From an uncultured Gammaproteobacteria bacterium (GTDB lineage Bacteria; Patescibacteriota; Microgenomatia; CAYXHB01; CAZYTL01): DNA of 64,000 nt. The first letter of the stretch is position 1. Each line of letters begins with the position of its first letter. The notes beneath the pieces are model-generated. The model did no database searches and was not told the origin of the DNA. It saw only the letters and a list, made by a program, of their open reading frames with translations. Of the stretch, positions 38,195 through 48,117 are shown one piece after another. The position numbers and the translations under genes are program-made. The stretch covers positions 109,465 through 173,464 of the forward strand of contig CAZYTL010000002.1 of assembly GCA_964650355.1 (NCBI GenBank). Direction: 5' to 3'.

Positions 38195-40024
38195 ATGAAT
38201 CATTTTGTCTTAAGCTACTCACTAATATTTCATACTCTAGTGGTTTTCTTTACTAAGCTAAAAAAAAGATTTTCTCTTCTGGGAGCAGTGGTTATTTTGG
38301 GTTTCTTTATTGGTGTATACGCTCTTAAAGTAATGGACATATCTCAAACGCTGGGATTTGTCCCTCGCATAAATCTCAATACTGCAGCTGTTAATAAATT
38401 AGAAGTCAATGCTTGTGATAATTTAGAGAAAAATCCGGATCAACCTAACACAGTGGTGCTGCGCGTTGATGACTTTCAGGCCTTCTCATGGACTCAAACA
38501 GCTATGCAAATGACAGAATCAGCTAATCAACTTGGAATGCCCGTAGTGCTGGGAGTAATCCCTATTAATTTAGACCAAGACCAGCAAGCCGCCTCTTTCT
38601 TACAAAAAAACCATTGTCAAAATGAAATCGCACTGCACGGGTGGGATCATAATGGGGCAGAGTATGAATCACTCTCCTATGACCAAGCATGGCAAAAAAC
38701 TTTGAAAGGCAAGTCACTCCTGGAACAGATCACCCAATCAACTCTAACCACCTTTGTTCCTCCGGAAAATGTAATTTCCGAAGAAGCCAGAAACGCCGTC
38801 AGTGAGCTCGGGTTCCAAGTCATCTCTACTAATCAAGGCGAAAAGTACGACACTAATGTTAGTTACTTTGACTATCAACAGCAAAAGGTTAATACCCCGG
38901 AAGAAGTCTGGTCCCAATGCGAAAAAGTTTTTCAATCGTCTGCTAACTGCGTGATCATGATTCACCCAAGTGAATTTTCTGCTCCCGACCAATCCCTGGA
39001 TCCCATTAAATTCAAAAATTATCTTGACTTAATCCAAAAAATTGCTGCTGCGAATGTCAGGGTAACTACCTTTCATGGCTTACTTCCTAAATCTCCCGTA
39101 ATTAATTCTTCAGATACGATTCCGGCTTCGACATGGATCGCGGATTGGGATTTTTCAGACACTCTTTTATATGTGGAAAAGAACCAAAATATTGACCTGG
39201 TAATGCCTTTTCTCTATGAAGTGGCAGACACAGGTGAAATTAAACCTATCAACACTAAACTGTTTGGAGCACTCCGTGATCTACCCCCCAGGGTTAAAAT
39301 TATGCCTACATTAGTCAATCACCTAGATGCCAATTTGGCACAAAAATTGCTCGAAAATGAATCTCAATGGGATCAACAAATTTCGTCCTTAGTTGACGAA
39401 TTAGTAAGACAAAATTTTATTGGCTTAGATTTGGATATTGAGGACGTCCCTCCCCAACTGCAAAGCAAATATCTTGCCTTTATCAATATGCTGAGCAAAC
39501 AACTGCACCAAAACGGATTAAAGCTATCTGTCACGGTTCCCATCAAAAACCAATCCGGCAACTGGAAAGTTGCCGATGCCTATCAGTGGGACCAGATAGC
39601 CAAAGTAGCAGATGATGTCCGGATCATGGCTTACGACGTCCACAACACTCCCGACGATCCAGGATCGATCATTCCGATTTCAGATCTCAAGCAAGGTATA
39701 GAAATCGCTCTTCAAACTATTCCCAAAGAAAAGATCGTGTTTGCTCTTCCCACCTATGTTTACGATTGGGCGGATGGTCAGCTGACCTCATACCAATTCT
39801 CTGATTTGCAAGCCATTAGGTCCCAGTACCAGATTAGTGAGGCGATTGATCCTGAAACCCAATCTGTAAAAATTCTGTACACTGACGCCAAGGGTGTAAA
39901 TCATGAGATCTGGTATGAATCAACTGAAACTTTAAAAGCTAAAATGGAGCTGATCAAACAAAGTGGCATTGAAAATATTTCGTTTTGGCGGCTAGGTAAT
40001 CATGATCCAAAATTATTAAAGTAA
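38195..40024 (+). CDS. Membrane-anchored polysaccharide deacetylase (CE4/DUF2334-like) fused to a GH18 domain
   Basis: LRVDD, LHGWDH, FVPP, MIHP (NodB-like); GLDLDIE, IMAYD, WYE, FWRLG (GH18). Confidence 0.85.
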   Translation: MNHFVLSYSLIFHTLVVFFTKLKKRFSLLGAVVILGFFIGVYALKVMDISQTLGFVPRINLNTAAVNKLEVNACDNLEKNPDQPNTVVLRVDDFQAFSWTQTAMQMTESANQLGMPVVLGVIPINLDQDQQAASFLQKNHCQNEIALHGWDHNGAEYESLSYDQAWQKTLKGKSLLEQITQSTLTTFVPPENVISEEARNAVSELGFQVISTNQGEKYDTNVSYFDYQQQKVNTPEEVWSQCEKVFQSSANCVIMIHPSEFSAPDQSLDPIKFKNYLDLIQKIAAANVRVTTFHGLLPKSPVINSSDTIPASTWIADWDFSDTLLYVEKNQNIDLVMPFLYEVADTGEIKPINTKLFGALRDLPPRVKIMPTLVNHLDANLAQKLLENESQWDQQISSLVDELVRQNFIGLDLDIEDVPPQLQSKYLAFINMLSKQLHQNGLKLSVTVPIKNQSGNWKVADAYQWDQIAKVADDVRIMAYDVHNTPDDPGSIIPISDLKQGIEIALQTIPKEKIVFALPTYVYDWADGQLTSYQFSDLQAIRSQYQISEAIDPETQSVKILYTDAKGVNHEIWYESTETLKAKMELIKQSGIENISFWRLGNHDPKLLK

Positions 40025-40090
40025 GTCGCAAGCAGTTACCGGCTGGGTTGGCAAAAGCGTACGTTTACGGAAGGAAGAAGTGACGAAAGT

Positions 40091-42274
40091 CTAGGTAAAT
40101 GACGGTTGATCCCTTTTTACGCTCCACAAGTGGGGAAATCTCCAGAGAACAAAGGAGGCCAGATAGAAACCCAGGGCAAGTAAAAATAGGATGCGATGGC
40201 CCCAAATTAAGGAAGTATACTCTAATAATCCACCCAATACGGCTCCGATTAAATTCATTCCCAAAGCGGTGGAGGCGTCCCGAGTATTTTTAAAGAACAA
40301 AGCAAATAAAATTCCGGAGAATAATAAAGGTAAGGCAATTTGCGTGCTGCCAACGAGTAATCTGGCATTCCAGGAAAGATCCAGGAATTTGATGAGAGGG
40401 ACAAAATAATTTAACAGCACGGCAATGATTAATAAAACATAGATGATGTTTTTAGAGATGGGTGAGATTCTGAGGACGAGCAGGTTGGCGATTAAAATCA
40501 TGAGTAAGACAGCTACAATGACGGCGGAATTAGTGATCCAGGTAGTACCGATTACCACGGCCAGTTCAGTGACGCCTTTGGTTTCTAAAAGAGCAAAGGC
40601 AGCCCCTAAAAAGAAAAAGTTCCAGTTGGACACCCGGGACAAGCTTTTAAAAGACAGCAGCTGTTTAACAGCCAAAATTGTTAATCCCATGAGTAGGGTT
40701 AAGACGATGAGATAATTGTTGGGAATGCGGGGACTTTCCAGAAATAAGTGGGGCCAGTCATCAGTGGGCACGATGGCTTGGGAGGAAAACATTTTGTCTG
40801 ACAGCCAGCCACTGACATCTCCATAGCCCCAAGTGCTAGCGTTAGGTTGCGACTGAAGAAATTGAGTAAATTGATTGTCGATCATATTGGCTTCACTTTG
40901 ATTATTTAAAGTGGAATTGCTGGCAAGGAAGACGGTTCCCCAACCGTCATGATCGCCCTGATAGACCAGGGGTTGGCGGCCAAATGTCTGCCATAGCAAG
41001 CTATAGATGCGATCGGCGATCCACTTTTCATGAACGGTATAAGTGATGGCGACTACACCCTGAGGCTTAAGCAAGGATTTAACCTTGTTCATGGTTTCCA
41101 AGGTATACATATAGTTTTCCAGTCGGACACTGGACATGCTGGAAAATAACCGGTGCGAATCCAAAAATCCAAAAGTGATGACATCATATTGATTTTCAGT
41201 TCTTTCCAAAAAGGCTTTGGCATCATCAATGATCAAACTTACCCGGGGATCAGAGTAAGGTTTTTCCGGATGATTTTGGCCCAGTTTGGCAATCAGGGGA
41301 TCAATCTCCACGGCATCAACATGACGGGCTCCCATTCTTAAGGCGGCAGCCACATCATTGCCGGTGCCGGCACCCAAGACCAAGACTCTGGTAACGGGAG
41401 GATTAATCAGCTGATAAGGTAGTTCGTAAATTTTTTTCCGGCTTTGCAGCAGGGGATAAGCAAATTTTCCTGACAGGTCCAAGGTTTGCTGATGACTGTC
41501 CTGATTGACCCAAACGCCGAATCCTACTTTTTGGTTATTCAATTTAATATCCTGAGTTTGAATTTCGTAATAAGGTGACCACAGGTAGGTGCTGTTAGGA
41601 GAAAGAGTGGAGATATAAACCAGGACGATGGTGACGGTGAAAGGAATCACTACTCTTTTAAGGGCAGTAAAATCGAGATTAAACTTGGCTTGTTTGAGGT
41701 AGTAAACATATCCGGTGATAAATAAACAAAACCAGATGACGGGCGGAAAGGAAAAGGCAGATAACAATGAAAATCCTAAGACCCCTAAAATGCTGCCTAA
41801 GATATTGATGGTGTAAGCAGGAATGGGCTTTAATTTATTAAAGAGCAAGCCAATTTCATGGCCCAGGCTGATAAACAGCCAGGTGTTTAAGCCAAGAATC
41901 AAAATTAAAATTCCATAAGATATAAAGGTAAAGCTACTTTTCATGCGGGACAGACCATTCCAAACAAAATAACTTTTATCCGCCAAAGGAAGAACAAAGT
42001 CAGGAATCAGGGCAGTAAAAACCACGATAAAGGTCAAAGTGGCCAACAACAGGGGTAGATGTTTAATCAATCGGGTTTTGGATTGATGGGCCATGGCCAT
42101 GCCCAATCCCAAACCCAGAAGAGCGCTTAATAAAATCAGATTGCTGAAATAAGCTAATAATCTGATGCGTAAAGGCAGCCAGCGGATTAAGAGCAACTCG
42201 GCGAACAAGCCCAAAAAACTGATGAACAACAGATTCAGTTTGATGTGATTTTGGCGAGGAGAGTGAGAAACCAT
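40091..42274 (-). CDS. Polytopic membrane protein with central spermidine-synthase-like SAM-binding domain
   Basis: N- and C-terminal TM bundles flank WSPYY, VLVLGAGTGND, VDAVEIDP, DDAKAFL, YDVI. Confidence 0.85.
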   Translation of the reverse strand: MVSHSPRQNHIKLNLLFISFLGLFAELLLIRWLPLRIRLLAYFSNLILLSALLGLGLGMAMAHQSKTRLIKHLPLLLATLTFIVVFTALIPDFVLPLADKSYFVWNGLSRMKSSFTFISYGILILILGLNTWLFISLGHEIGLLFNKLKPIPAYTINILGSILGVLGFSLLSAFSFPPVIWFCLFITGYVYYLKQAKFNLDFTALKRVVIPFTVTIVLVYISTLSPNSTYLWSPYYEIQTQDIKLNNQKVGFGVWVNQDSHQQTLDLSGKFAYPLLQSRKKIYELPYQLINPPVTRVLVLGAGTGNDVAAALRMGARHVDAVEIDPLIAKLGQNHPEKPYSDPRVSLIIDDAKAFLERTENQYDVITFGFLDSHRLFSSMSSVRLENYMYTLETMNKVKSLLKPQGVVAITYTVHEKWIADRIYSLLWQTFGRQPLVYQGDHDGWGTVFLASNSTLNNQSEANMIDNQFTQFLQSQPNASTWGYGDVSGWLSDKMFSSQAIVPTDDWPHLFLESPRIPNNYLIVLTLLMGLTILAVKQLLSFKSLSRVSNWNFFFLGAAFALLETKGVTELAVVIGTTWITNSAVIVAVLLMILIANLLVLRISPISKNIIYVLLIIAVLLNYFVPLIKFLDLSWNARLLVGSTQIALPLLFSGILFALFFKNTRDASTALGMNLIGAVLGGLLEYTSLIWGHRILFLLALGFYLASFVLWRFPHLWSVKRDQPSFT

Positions 42275-42346
42275 ATGACTATCATGCCTGAAGAGGTCCT
42301 TAGTGGTCTAGAGAGAACCCAGAAAGTAAATGAATTAGTAGGCGAT

Positions 42347-43444
42347 TTATGATGTTATCAATCCCGCGATAATGATGATGCCCATGGCCAGCATGATGAG
42401 GCCGGCGATCAGGTGCAGAGTTTTGAGGCGTTGTTGGCGAATTTTCTCTGCTCTTTCAGGGTTGAAACCGCGGTACACAGCCAGAGAAATAATCACCATG
42501 GGGGAAACAAAGATGAGGTTATAGAGAATGAGATATAAGATCGCTTTGCTTTGCAGAGTTTTCTGGGCGAGCATGCCTAAGATGACGATGTAGGGGCCGC
42601 TGGTGCAGGGTAATAAAAATAAACTGACCAAAAAGCCAATGCCAAAAGCGCCTAAAGGGCTGGCTACTGAATGAATCAAACTTTTGAACCGAGGGCGCCA
42701 GGACAGAGGCACTTCCATTAAGAATCCTTTACCGTACCATAACCAGTCTTTGAGATTGAGCAGACCCAAGATAATGGCCAGCCAACCGACAATTTTATAG
42801 AAAGTTCCGGAAAGGCCCCCGATGCCCAAAGCATGATAGATGCCCAGCCCCATTAAGAAATAGGAAATAAAGATGGAAGCGGAAAAAGCCAAGCCCGATT
42901 TTAAGGCTTTTTTTCCACCCCCTGTGGCTAAGATGGTGGTCATGAGAATGATGAGCACGGCGAAAGCGCACGGGTTAATGGCGTCTACTACACTGGCACC
43001 AACTACCGCGGCTAAGGTCAAGTTCAATCCGGGCAGAGGTGTGGTGGGAGGGGTCTCGGAAACGGAAGGTGAAGTTTCACCAGAGCCTAAATATTGATCA
43101 GCTGCCCTTTGAAAGTTATTAATGATAGGTTGGTCGCCGATGATCACCTGATCACCAATCACCAGGGCAGGCACACCCCGGGCGTCGTCAGCAATGTCTA
43201 ATTGATCCATGAGTTGGGTGTATAAAACAGCGTTGTCACGGTTAAAATAGATTTCTTTTTTGACGATGGGGTAGCGGTCATAAAGGCCTTCCCGGGCAAA
43301 ATATTGCTCTACTTGGGCACAATGGGGGCAGCCTGAGCCGTAGAAGAAATAGATCGGGGATGGGTCCTGGGCGCGGACGATGCGGACAACACTAAATAAG
43401 AAGATAGTAAAGAGTATGATGGTGAGAAGTTTTTTAAAGCACAT
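42347..43444 (-). CDS. Thioredoxin-like (CPHC) domain fused to a DsbD/CcdA-like TM domain
   Basis: FFYGSGCPHC, DAINPCAF and LPCTSGPY. Start taken at MCFKK (43444) to avoid overlap with the permease gene. Confidence 0.85.
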   Translation of the reverse strand: MCFKKLLTIILFTIFLFSVVRIVRAQDPSPIYFFYGSGCPHCAQVEQYFAREGLYDRYPIVKKEIYFNRDNAVLYTQLMDQLDIADDARGVPALVIGDQVIIGDQPIINNFQRAADQYLGSGETSPSVSETPPTTPLPGLNLTLAAVVGASVVDAINPCAFAVLIILMTTILATGGGKKALKSGLAFSASIFISYFLMGLGIYHALGIGGLSGTFYKIVGWLAIILGLLNLKDWLWYGKGFLMEVPLSWRPRFKSLIHSVASPLGAFGIGFLVSLFLLPCTSGPYIVILGMLAQKTLQSKAILYLILYNLIFVSPMVIISLAVYRGFNPERAEKIRQQRLKTLHLIAGLIMLAMGIIIIAGLITS

Positions 43445-43469
43445 AGAGGTTATTTCGGAATCAAGACGG

Positions 43470-44237
43470 TCAACTTCTTTTGAACGCCACTGAGAGAAGA
43501 AATAATCCGGTGCTGGCAATAATCACGGCGGGTCCGGCCGGAATGGCTACCAGTTGGTAAGCGATGATGCCCAAGACAGCGGCTAGAGCTCCGGCAATGG
43601 TGCCGCCTAAAGCATATTGTTTCATATTGACGCTGAGATTTTTGCTGGTAGCAGCAGGGATGGCCACAATGGCGGCGGTGAGCAGACTACCTACAATGCG
43701 AATTCCCAGGCCGATGACTAATGCCACGGCCAAGAGGTAGGCCAAATTATATTTATCCACGTTAATGCCTTCAGACTTGGCTAAATCTTCAGAGATAGCA
43801 ATAAATACCATTTTTTTATAGATGCGGTGGGCAATGAAAAAAGCCAGTGCAGAAAATAAAACGCTAAACACAGTGGTGGTAACAGTCAATTGGGAAATGT
43901 CCCCGATTAAGGCTTGAAAGGCTTCGTTTTCCGGCAAGAAAAGAAAGGCGATAGCCACTGATGAGGAGAAGACCACGGCGGTCATAGTTTCCAGGGGCAG
44001 GCGGGTTTTTCTTTCAAAAAACCAGATCAGAAAAATACCCAGGATGAGCATGAGAAAGGCGCCCAGAGAAACATCAAAACCATAAATTAAGGCCAGGGCG
44101 ATGCCGGGAAGGGTTAAATGACCTAAAGGACCACCGACCAGAGACATGCGTTTGGAAAGCATCAGAGTACCCAAATAGCCGGCCACCGCAGCAATGGAGC
44201 CGGTCATGAGGATGGCCAATAAGAGTTTATCGATCAT
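43470..44237 (-). CDS. Zn/Mn ABC transporter permease (ZnuB-like)
   Basis: RMSL...LGH..LPGIA, LIGDI, IVGSLL...AIPAA. Confidence 0.9.
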   Translation of the reverse strand: MIDKLLLAILMTGSIAAVAGYLGTLMLSKRMSLVGGPLGHLTLPGIALALIYGFDVSLGAFLMLILGIFLIWFFERKTRLPLETMTAVVFSSSVAIAFLFLPENEAFQALIGDISQLTVTTTVFSVLFSALAFFIAHRIYKKMVFIAISEDLAKSEGINVDKYNLAYLLAVALVIGLGIRIVGSLLTAAIVAIPAATSKNLSVNMKQYALGGTIAGALAAVLGIIAYQLVAIPAGPAVIIASTGLFLLSVAFKRS

Positions 44238-44932
44238 ATGTTTTTGTGTTTATAGAACTTAACGCCTACGCCGTAGAGTTTTCTTAAGTTCTCGGTGGTG
44301 AGGGCATGGGCGGGCGGTCCGTAGCAGAGGCCAGTTTTATTTAGGCAAAGCACGTTGTCCGCGTGCTCCCAAATGATACTGAGGTCGTGAGTGACCATGA
44401 TAATGGTTAAATGTTGTTTTTGCCAAAAATCATGCAACAAACTGTAGATGTTTTCCGTGCCCCCGATGTCAATGCCGGAGGTGGGCTCGTCAAACAGCAG
44501 GGTATCCGGCTGGTCAACCAGAGACCAAGCAATGCTGAGTCTTTGGAATTGTCCGGTTGACAGTTGCGAGACTCTTTGGGTGAAGACGTCTGAAGTAAGT
44601 CCGACCGATTTTAAGCTGTCAAGAGCTTTTGATCGAGAAACTGATTTAAGGCTGTAAAAGTCTTCGACGGTAAGAGGTAGGAGTTCTTTGCGTTGTAACA
44701 ATTCATTGGGAGGTAAATAGCTGGTGTTTTTGACTGACCAATCTACCTGGCCCTGATAGGGGACCAGGCCAAGCAGGGCTCTTAAGAGGGTGGTTTTGCC
44801 GGCTCCGTTGGGGCCCAGAATAATAAGGGTCTCCCCTTTTTTGACCTCAAAGTTCAAATTTTCCAGGATGGGGTGGTGATTTAAAGTAACGGTTAAATCT
44901 TTGACCCGGAGAGCTAACTGGTTTTTGGTCAT
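44234..44932 (-). CDS. Zn/Mn ABC transporter ATP-binding protein (ZnuC-like)
   Basis: GPNGAGKTT, LSTGQ, FDEP, VTHD, LCLN...CYG.P. Confidence 0.92.
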   Translation of the reverse strand: MTKNQLALRVKDLTVTLNHHPILENLNFEVKKGETLIILGPNGAGKTTLLRALLGLVPYQGQVDWSVKNTSYLPPNELLQRKELLPLTVEDFYSLKSVSRSKALDSLKSVGLTSDVFTQRVSQLSTGQFQRLSIAWSLVDQPDTLLFDEPTSGIDIGGTENIYSLLHDFWQKQHLTIIMVTHDLSIIWEHADNVLCLNKTGLCYGPPAHALTTENLRKLYGVGVKFYKHKNI

Positions 44933-45207
44933 CTTGTTTCTATTCTAATGGCTTGACCATTAATGATGGCAGAGGCAGTTTTTTGATGGGCTTTGGATAA
45001 GAGTCTGGCAAATGTGGGTTGAGAGATAAGCATTTTGTCTGCTGCTTGGGTTTGATCTAAGCCATCAAGATCGTGTAATTTCAAAGCTTCTAATTCATCA
45101 GGCAACAAGACCACCTCGGCAAGGGATCTTAAAGGCACTCCCCTGGGTTTAAAGTATAAAATATGGGGATTGAATCGTAAACAGCGGGCTTTTCTTGGCC
45201 TGGGCAT
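44929..45207 (-). CDS. DUF134 family HTH protein
   Basis: MPRPRK.R, YFKPRG, DELEALKL.D, Q..AA..M.ISQPTF.R.L..A..K.A. Confidence 0.9.
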   Translation of the reverse strand: MPRPRKARCLRFNPHILYFKPRGVPLRSLAEVVLLPDELEALKLHDLDGLDQTQAADKMLISQPTFARLLSKAHQKTASAIINGQAIRIETR

Positions 45208-45281
45208 AACTAGAAATTATGAGTGTTGCTTAACTTTACCATGTTATGGTAGCAACAGGTATAAAAAGAAATAAAGAATGG

Positions 45282-45315
45282 CCCCTGGCTGCCAGGAAAA
45301 CTGACAAGCCAGGGG
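45282..45315 (-). terminator. Intrinsic terminator-like hairpin after the DUF5320 gene
   Basis: CCCCTGGCT...AGCCAGGGG stem, followed on the minus strand by the T-rich ATTCTTTATTTCTTTTT. Confidence 0.55.
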
Positions 45316-45321
45316 GAGCGG

Positions 45322-45591
45322 CTACTCTGTTTGGTCAAGTTCGGCTTGCTCTTTTTTGACTTCTTCAAGTCTGTCTTCCAGGGCCTTTTGGTAGTCGGCA
45401 AGAGCAGCGCGTTGGTCTTGTTTAGTTTGGGGAAGGTCCCAGCCAAAGAATCTGGCCAATCCCCAACCTCTGCCAAAACCTCTGTGCCATCCCCGACCCC
45501 AGCCAAAGGCAAGACCACCTGCGCAAGGTCCAAGTCCGCGACCGGTCAGAGGACCCATACCCCAAGGGCCGGTTTGATCTAATGCAGGCAT
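45322..45591 (-). CDS. DUF5320 family protein
   Basis: MP..D.TGP.G.GP.TGRGLGPC, G/R/W-rich middle and C-terminal coiled coil; SD AGGAGGTG. Confidence 0.88.
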   Translation of the reverse strand: MPALDQTGPWGMGPLTGRGLGPCAGGLAFGWGRGWHRGFGRGWGLARFFGWDLPQTKQDQRAALADYQKALEDRLEEVKKEQAELDQTE

Positions 45592-45612
45592 AAATGTTCA
45601 CCTCCTTTCTGG

Positions 45613-45662
45613 TAGTATTATGAATATATATTCATAATACTATTAAGAATCAGAGGTGTCAA
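45613..45662 (-). promoter_or_regulatory. Sigma70 promoter overlapped by a perfect 30-bp palindromic operator
   Basis: Minus strand TTGACA-17 bp-TATTAT; palindrome TAGTATTATGAATAT|ATATTCATAATACTA at 45613-45642. Confidence 0.75.
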
Positions 45663-45723
45663 GGGTGCCTTGTGATTGTTTTAATTATTTAAGGTTTATT
45701 TCGACAGACAAAGGAGATAATGA

Positions 45724-46548
45724 TTAGATTTTTTGAAGTTCTTGTCTCATTTGTTCAATACTTTCAGTGTAAGTATGTTTTTTAAATCCATATTTTGCAT
45801 AGATACTTTGATCCGCTCGTGCTAATGGGATGTGGCGATGTTTGTCAACTTCCACTACTTGGACCCCGTGCTTTTCTAATAAATCTTTGGCAATTTGGTA
45901 GCGGGAGGTTTTCCCATGTTCGATGACTGGAATCATGACTTTATTAATTTTGGGATTATGGATGATGGTCGAGATGACTTCTGTGATGTGTCCTAAATAG
46001 CTCATTTCTAATTTCCAACTGGAATCTGCTACAAAGACCGATTTATTTTGGTAAGCGGTGATGAGATCGTTGTAAAAATTTTTACTTTTGGTGTTCGGAC
46101 TAAGACCAACCGTGAGAGAAAATCTTAAGATTACATAATCATTTAGTTGTCGGACAATTTCCTCAGCCGCGATTTTGGTTTTGGGGTAGACAGAGGTCGG
46201 GTTTTTGTTGAAGCAGGCAAAAGTGGAGATGTTAATTAGCCGAAGGTTGTTTTTTTTGCACAGGTCTGCGACAAACCGGGTGGCTTCTATATTTAATTGT
46301 TGTGCGTTAACAGGATCTTGTTCACACGTGTCCGTATGAGCATCTGCGGCTGAATGGATTATGAGGCCAGGATTAAATTTGTTAACTATATTCTCAACAT
46401 CTTGTTGTTGCTTGATATTGGCTTTCACTAAATCATTAAAGATCTGGTTTCGGTAATATAGTCCGGTAATATCAAATCCTTTGCTCTTTAAGTCTTGATA
46501 TATTTTGGCGCCAATATAGCCGCTAGCTTCGGTAAGTAAAATTTTCAT
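45724..46548 (-). CDS. RmlD-like extended SDR (dTDP-4-dehydrorhamnose reductase family)
   Basis: IIHSAA...D.CE.DP..A..LN, IST, YPKTK..AE. The glycine motif reads EASGYIG. Confidence 0.82.
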   Translation of the reverse strand: MKILLTEASGYIGAKIYQDLKSKGFDITGLYYRNQIFNDLVKANIKQQQDVENIVNKFNPGLIIHSAADAHTDTCEQDPVNAQQLNIEATRFVADLCKKNNLRLINISTFACFNKNPTSVYPKTKIAAEEIVRQLNDYVILRFSLTVGLSPNTKSKNFYNDLITAYQNKSVFVADSSWKLEMSYLGHITEVISTIIHNPKINKVMIPVIEHGKTSRYQIAKDLLEKHGVQVVEVDKHRHIPLARADQSIYAKYGFKKHTYTESIEQMRQELQKI

Positions 46549-46650
46549 GGCCTAAGTTTAGCACTTTATCTAGAATGTGCACATGATACGGGTTTATAAA
46601 TAGGATACTTGGTTTGGACGTCCGGAATTTTATTTTGATGTTCCTGGAAA

Positions 46651-47577
46651 TTAGTGGTGCTTGAGAAGGGAATAAATCATTTTAAAGTCGGAGTGTCTTT
46701 TATCTAGCTTTTCTGGATGGGTTTCAACCGTCCACCATAACTTACCGATGACAAACAGCATGGCTACCAGTTTGATTTTTTCCATATAATTCTCCCCTAA
46801 GTCGGTAATGGTTTGATAGCCTTTGATCAAAGGCGGAAAATATTCAGGCGAGCATGTATAAAAGCGGGCCAGATCGTGGTAGATGCTGGTGGCCCGGATA
46901 TCACCAAAGTCAATGATGCCCGAATATTTATTCTCATTAACATATATGTGGTCCGCTGCGAAATCTCCGTGAGACAAACAGGCCTGGTCAATTTTTAGAA
47001 GCTGCTGGTGATGGTGCACATATTTCAGATATCGTTTAGATAAATGATGACTAAATGCTTGATTATCGACTAAATTTTTCAATATGTGCTCTATTTGGTC
47101 AAAATTTAAAGCAAACTCCTCATAACTGGAGTAGATGGCGGTTATTTCTCTAACATTTGGCTTTTTTCTATCCAGCCAACCGAAGCCCTTGACGGATATA
47201 GAATTGATGAGCGCCAGTTGCTTGCCGGCTTCGATAAATATCTCATGAGGTGGGTTTGAAGTTTGATTGGCTGGAATGCCAGGAATTTCTTCAGTGACCA
47301 TGAAAGAACGGGCAATTTCTTGGTTGAAGTCTTCAAAATATAAAACTTTGGGGGCCCGGACTCCGTTATTCCGAATAAGCTGGTGGGCAAGAGCTTCGCT
47401 GGAGATATTTTCATTTTCGTTGGCAAGTCTTAAATAATAGTTCTGATTATCATCAGTAAGACGATAGACTTCAGTTGATACTCCGCCGGCCTCAACATAT
47501 GAAACTTGGCAGTTTTTGAAATCGGGAAGTTTACTAATCAGCTGTTTTATTTTTCGGGGAGTGATTTTGGTGGCCAT
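46651..47577 (-). CDS. Aminoglycoside phosphotransferase/choline kinase family protein
   Basis: LSHGDF, GIIDFGD, YYLR, IPG. Start set at MATKIT because an extended -10 box lies 7 nt upstream. Confidence 0.85.
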   Translation of the reverse strand: MATKITPRKIKQLISKLPDFKNCQVSYVEAGGVSTEVYRLTDDNQNYYLRLANENENISSEALAHQLIRNNGVRAPKVLYFEDFNQEIARSFMVTEEIPGIPANQTSNPPHEIFIEAGKQLALINSISVKGFGWLDRKKPNVREITAIYSSYEEFALNFDQIEHILKNLVDNQAFSHHLSKRYLKYVHHHQQLLKIDQACLSHGDFAADHIYVNENKYSGIIDFGDIRATSIYHDLARFYTCSPEYFPPLIKGYQTITDLGENYMEKIKLVAMLFVIGKLWWTVETHPEKLDKRHSDFKMIYSLLKHH

Positions 47578-47635
47578 TAGCTGAATTGTAACAAACCAAG
47601 ACTTTGGAGATATAGCCATGATAGAACCGGGCTGG

Positions 47636-48067
47636 CTAATTATCCTCCGGCGAGATGAGGCCGGTGCAGCGCCAGTTGATTTCAGCCTGGCCAGTCTCGA
47701 TATTGACTACACAGGCGGGATTACACCCAGACTTGGGCTGATCAGGAGTGAAATCCAGCCACCAGGTGCCGGTAGTGGAGTTACATGAATAACTTGCAGC
47801 TAATTGGCCGTCCGAACATTGAGACTGGGCGATTTGCTGGGCGGTGGTCAAATCCATTTGAGTGCCGGAAGGCGAGGAGCATATTTGAGAAGCATTGACG
47901 GAAGGGCAAGGAGTCGAAGGTGGCGGAGATTGAGGTTGGCCGTGTTTGACCCATTGGCCTTGGTCACAGATCCAGGTGTCTTCATCACCGCCGATCAAGA
48001 ATCTGGCCACCAACACTGCGGCAATGAAGATTAATAATGCTCCAGTGATCAGGAAAATTTTCTTCAT
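47636..48067 (-). CDS. Small Cys-rich exported protein
   Basis: N-terminal TM, EDTWIC..GQWVKHG, eight Cys, GCNPACVV...INWRCTG. Confidence 0.75.
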   Translation of the reverse strand: MKKIFLITGALLIFIAAVLVARFLIGGDEDTWICDQGQWVKHGQPQSPPPSTPCPSVNASQICSSPSGTQMDLTTAQQIAQSQCSDGQLAASYSCNSTTGTWWLDFTPDQPKSGCNPACVVNIETGQAEINWRCTGLISPEDN

Positions 48068-48117
48068 ATAAAGATCAGTTAATGAGGGACTGTGGCGTAT
48101 GGGCCTCGTTAAGAAAA

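Noticed and set aside
46651-47577. Bona fide aminoglycoside resistance gene
   Set aside because: Only the general APH/choline kinase fold motifs are visible; the substrate cannot be inferred.
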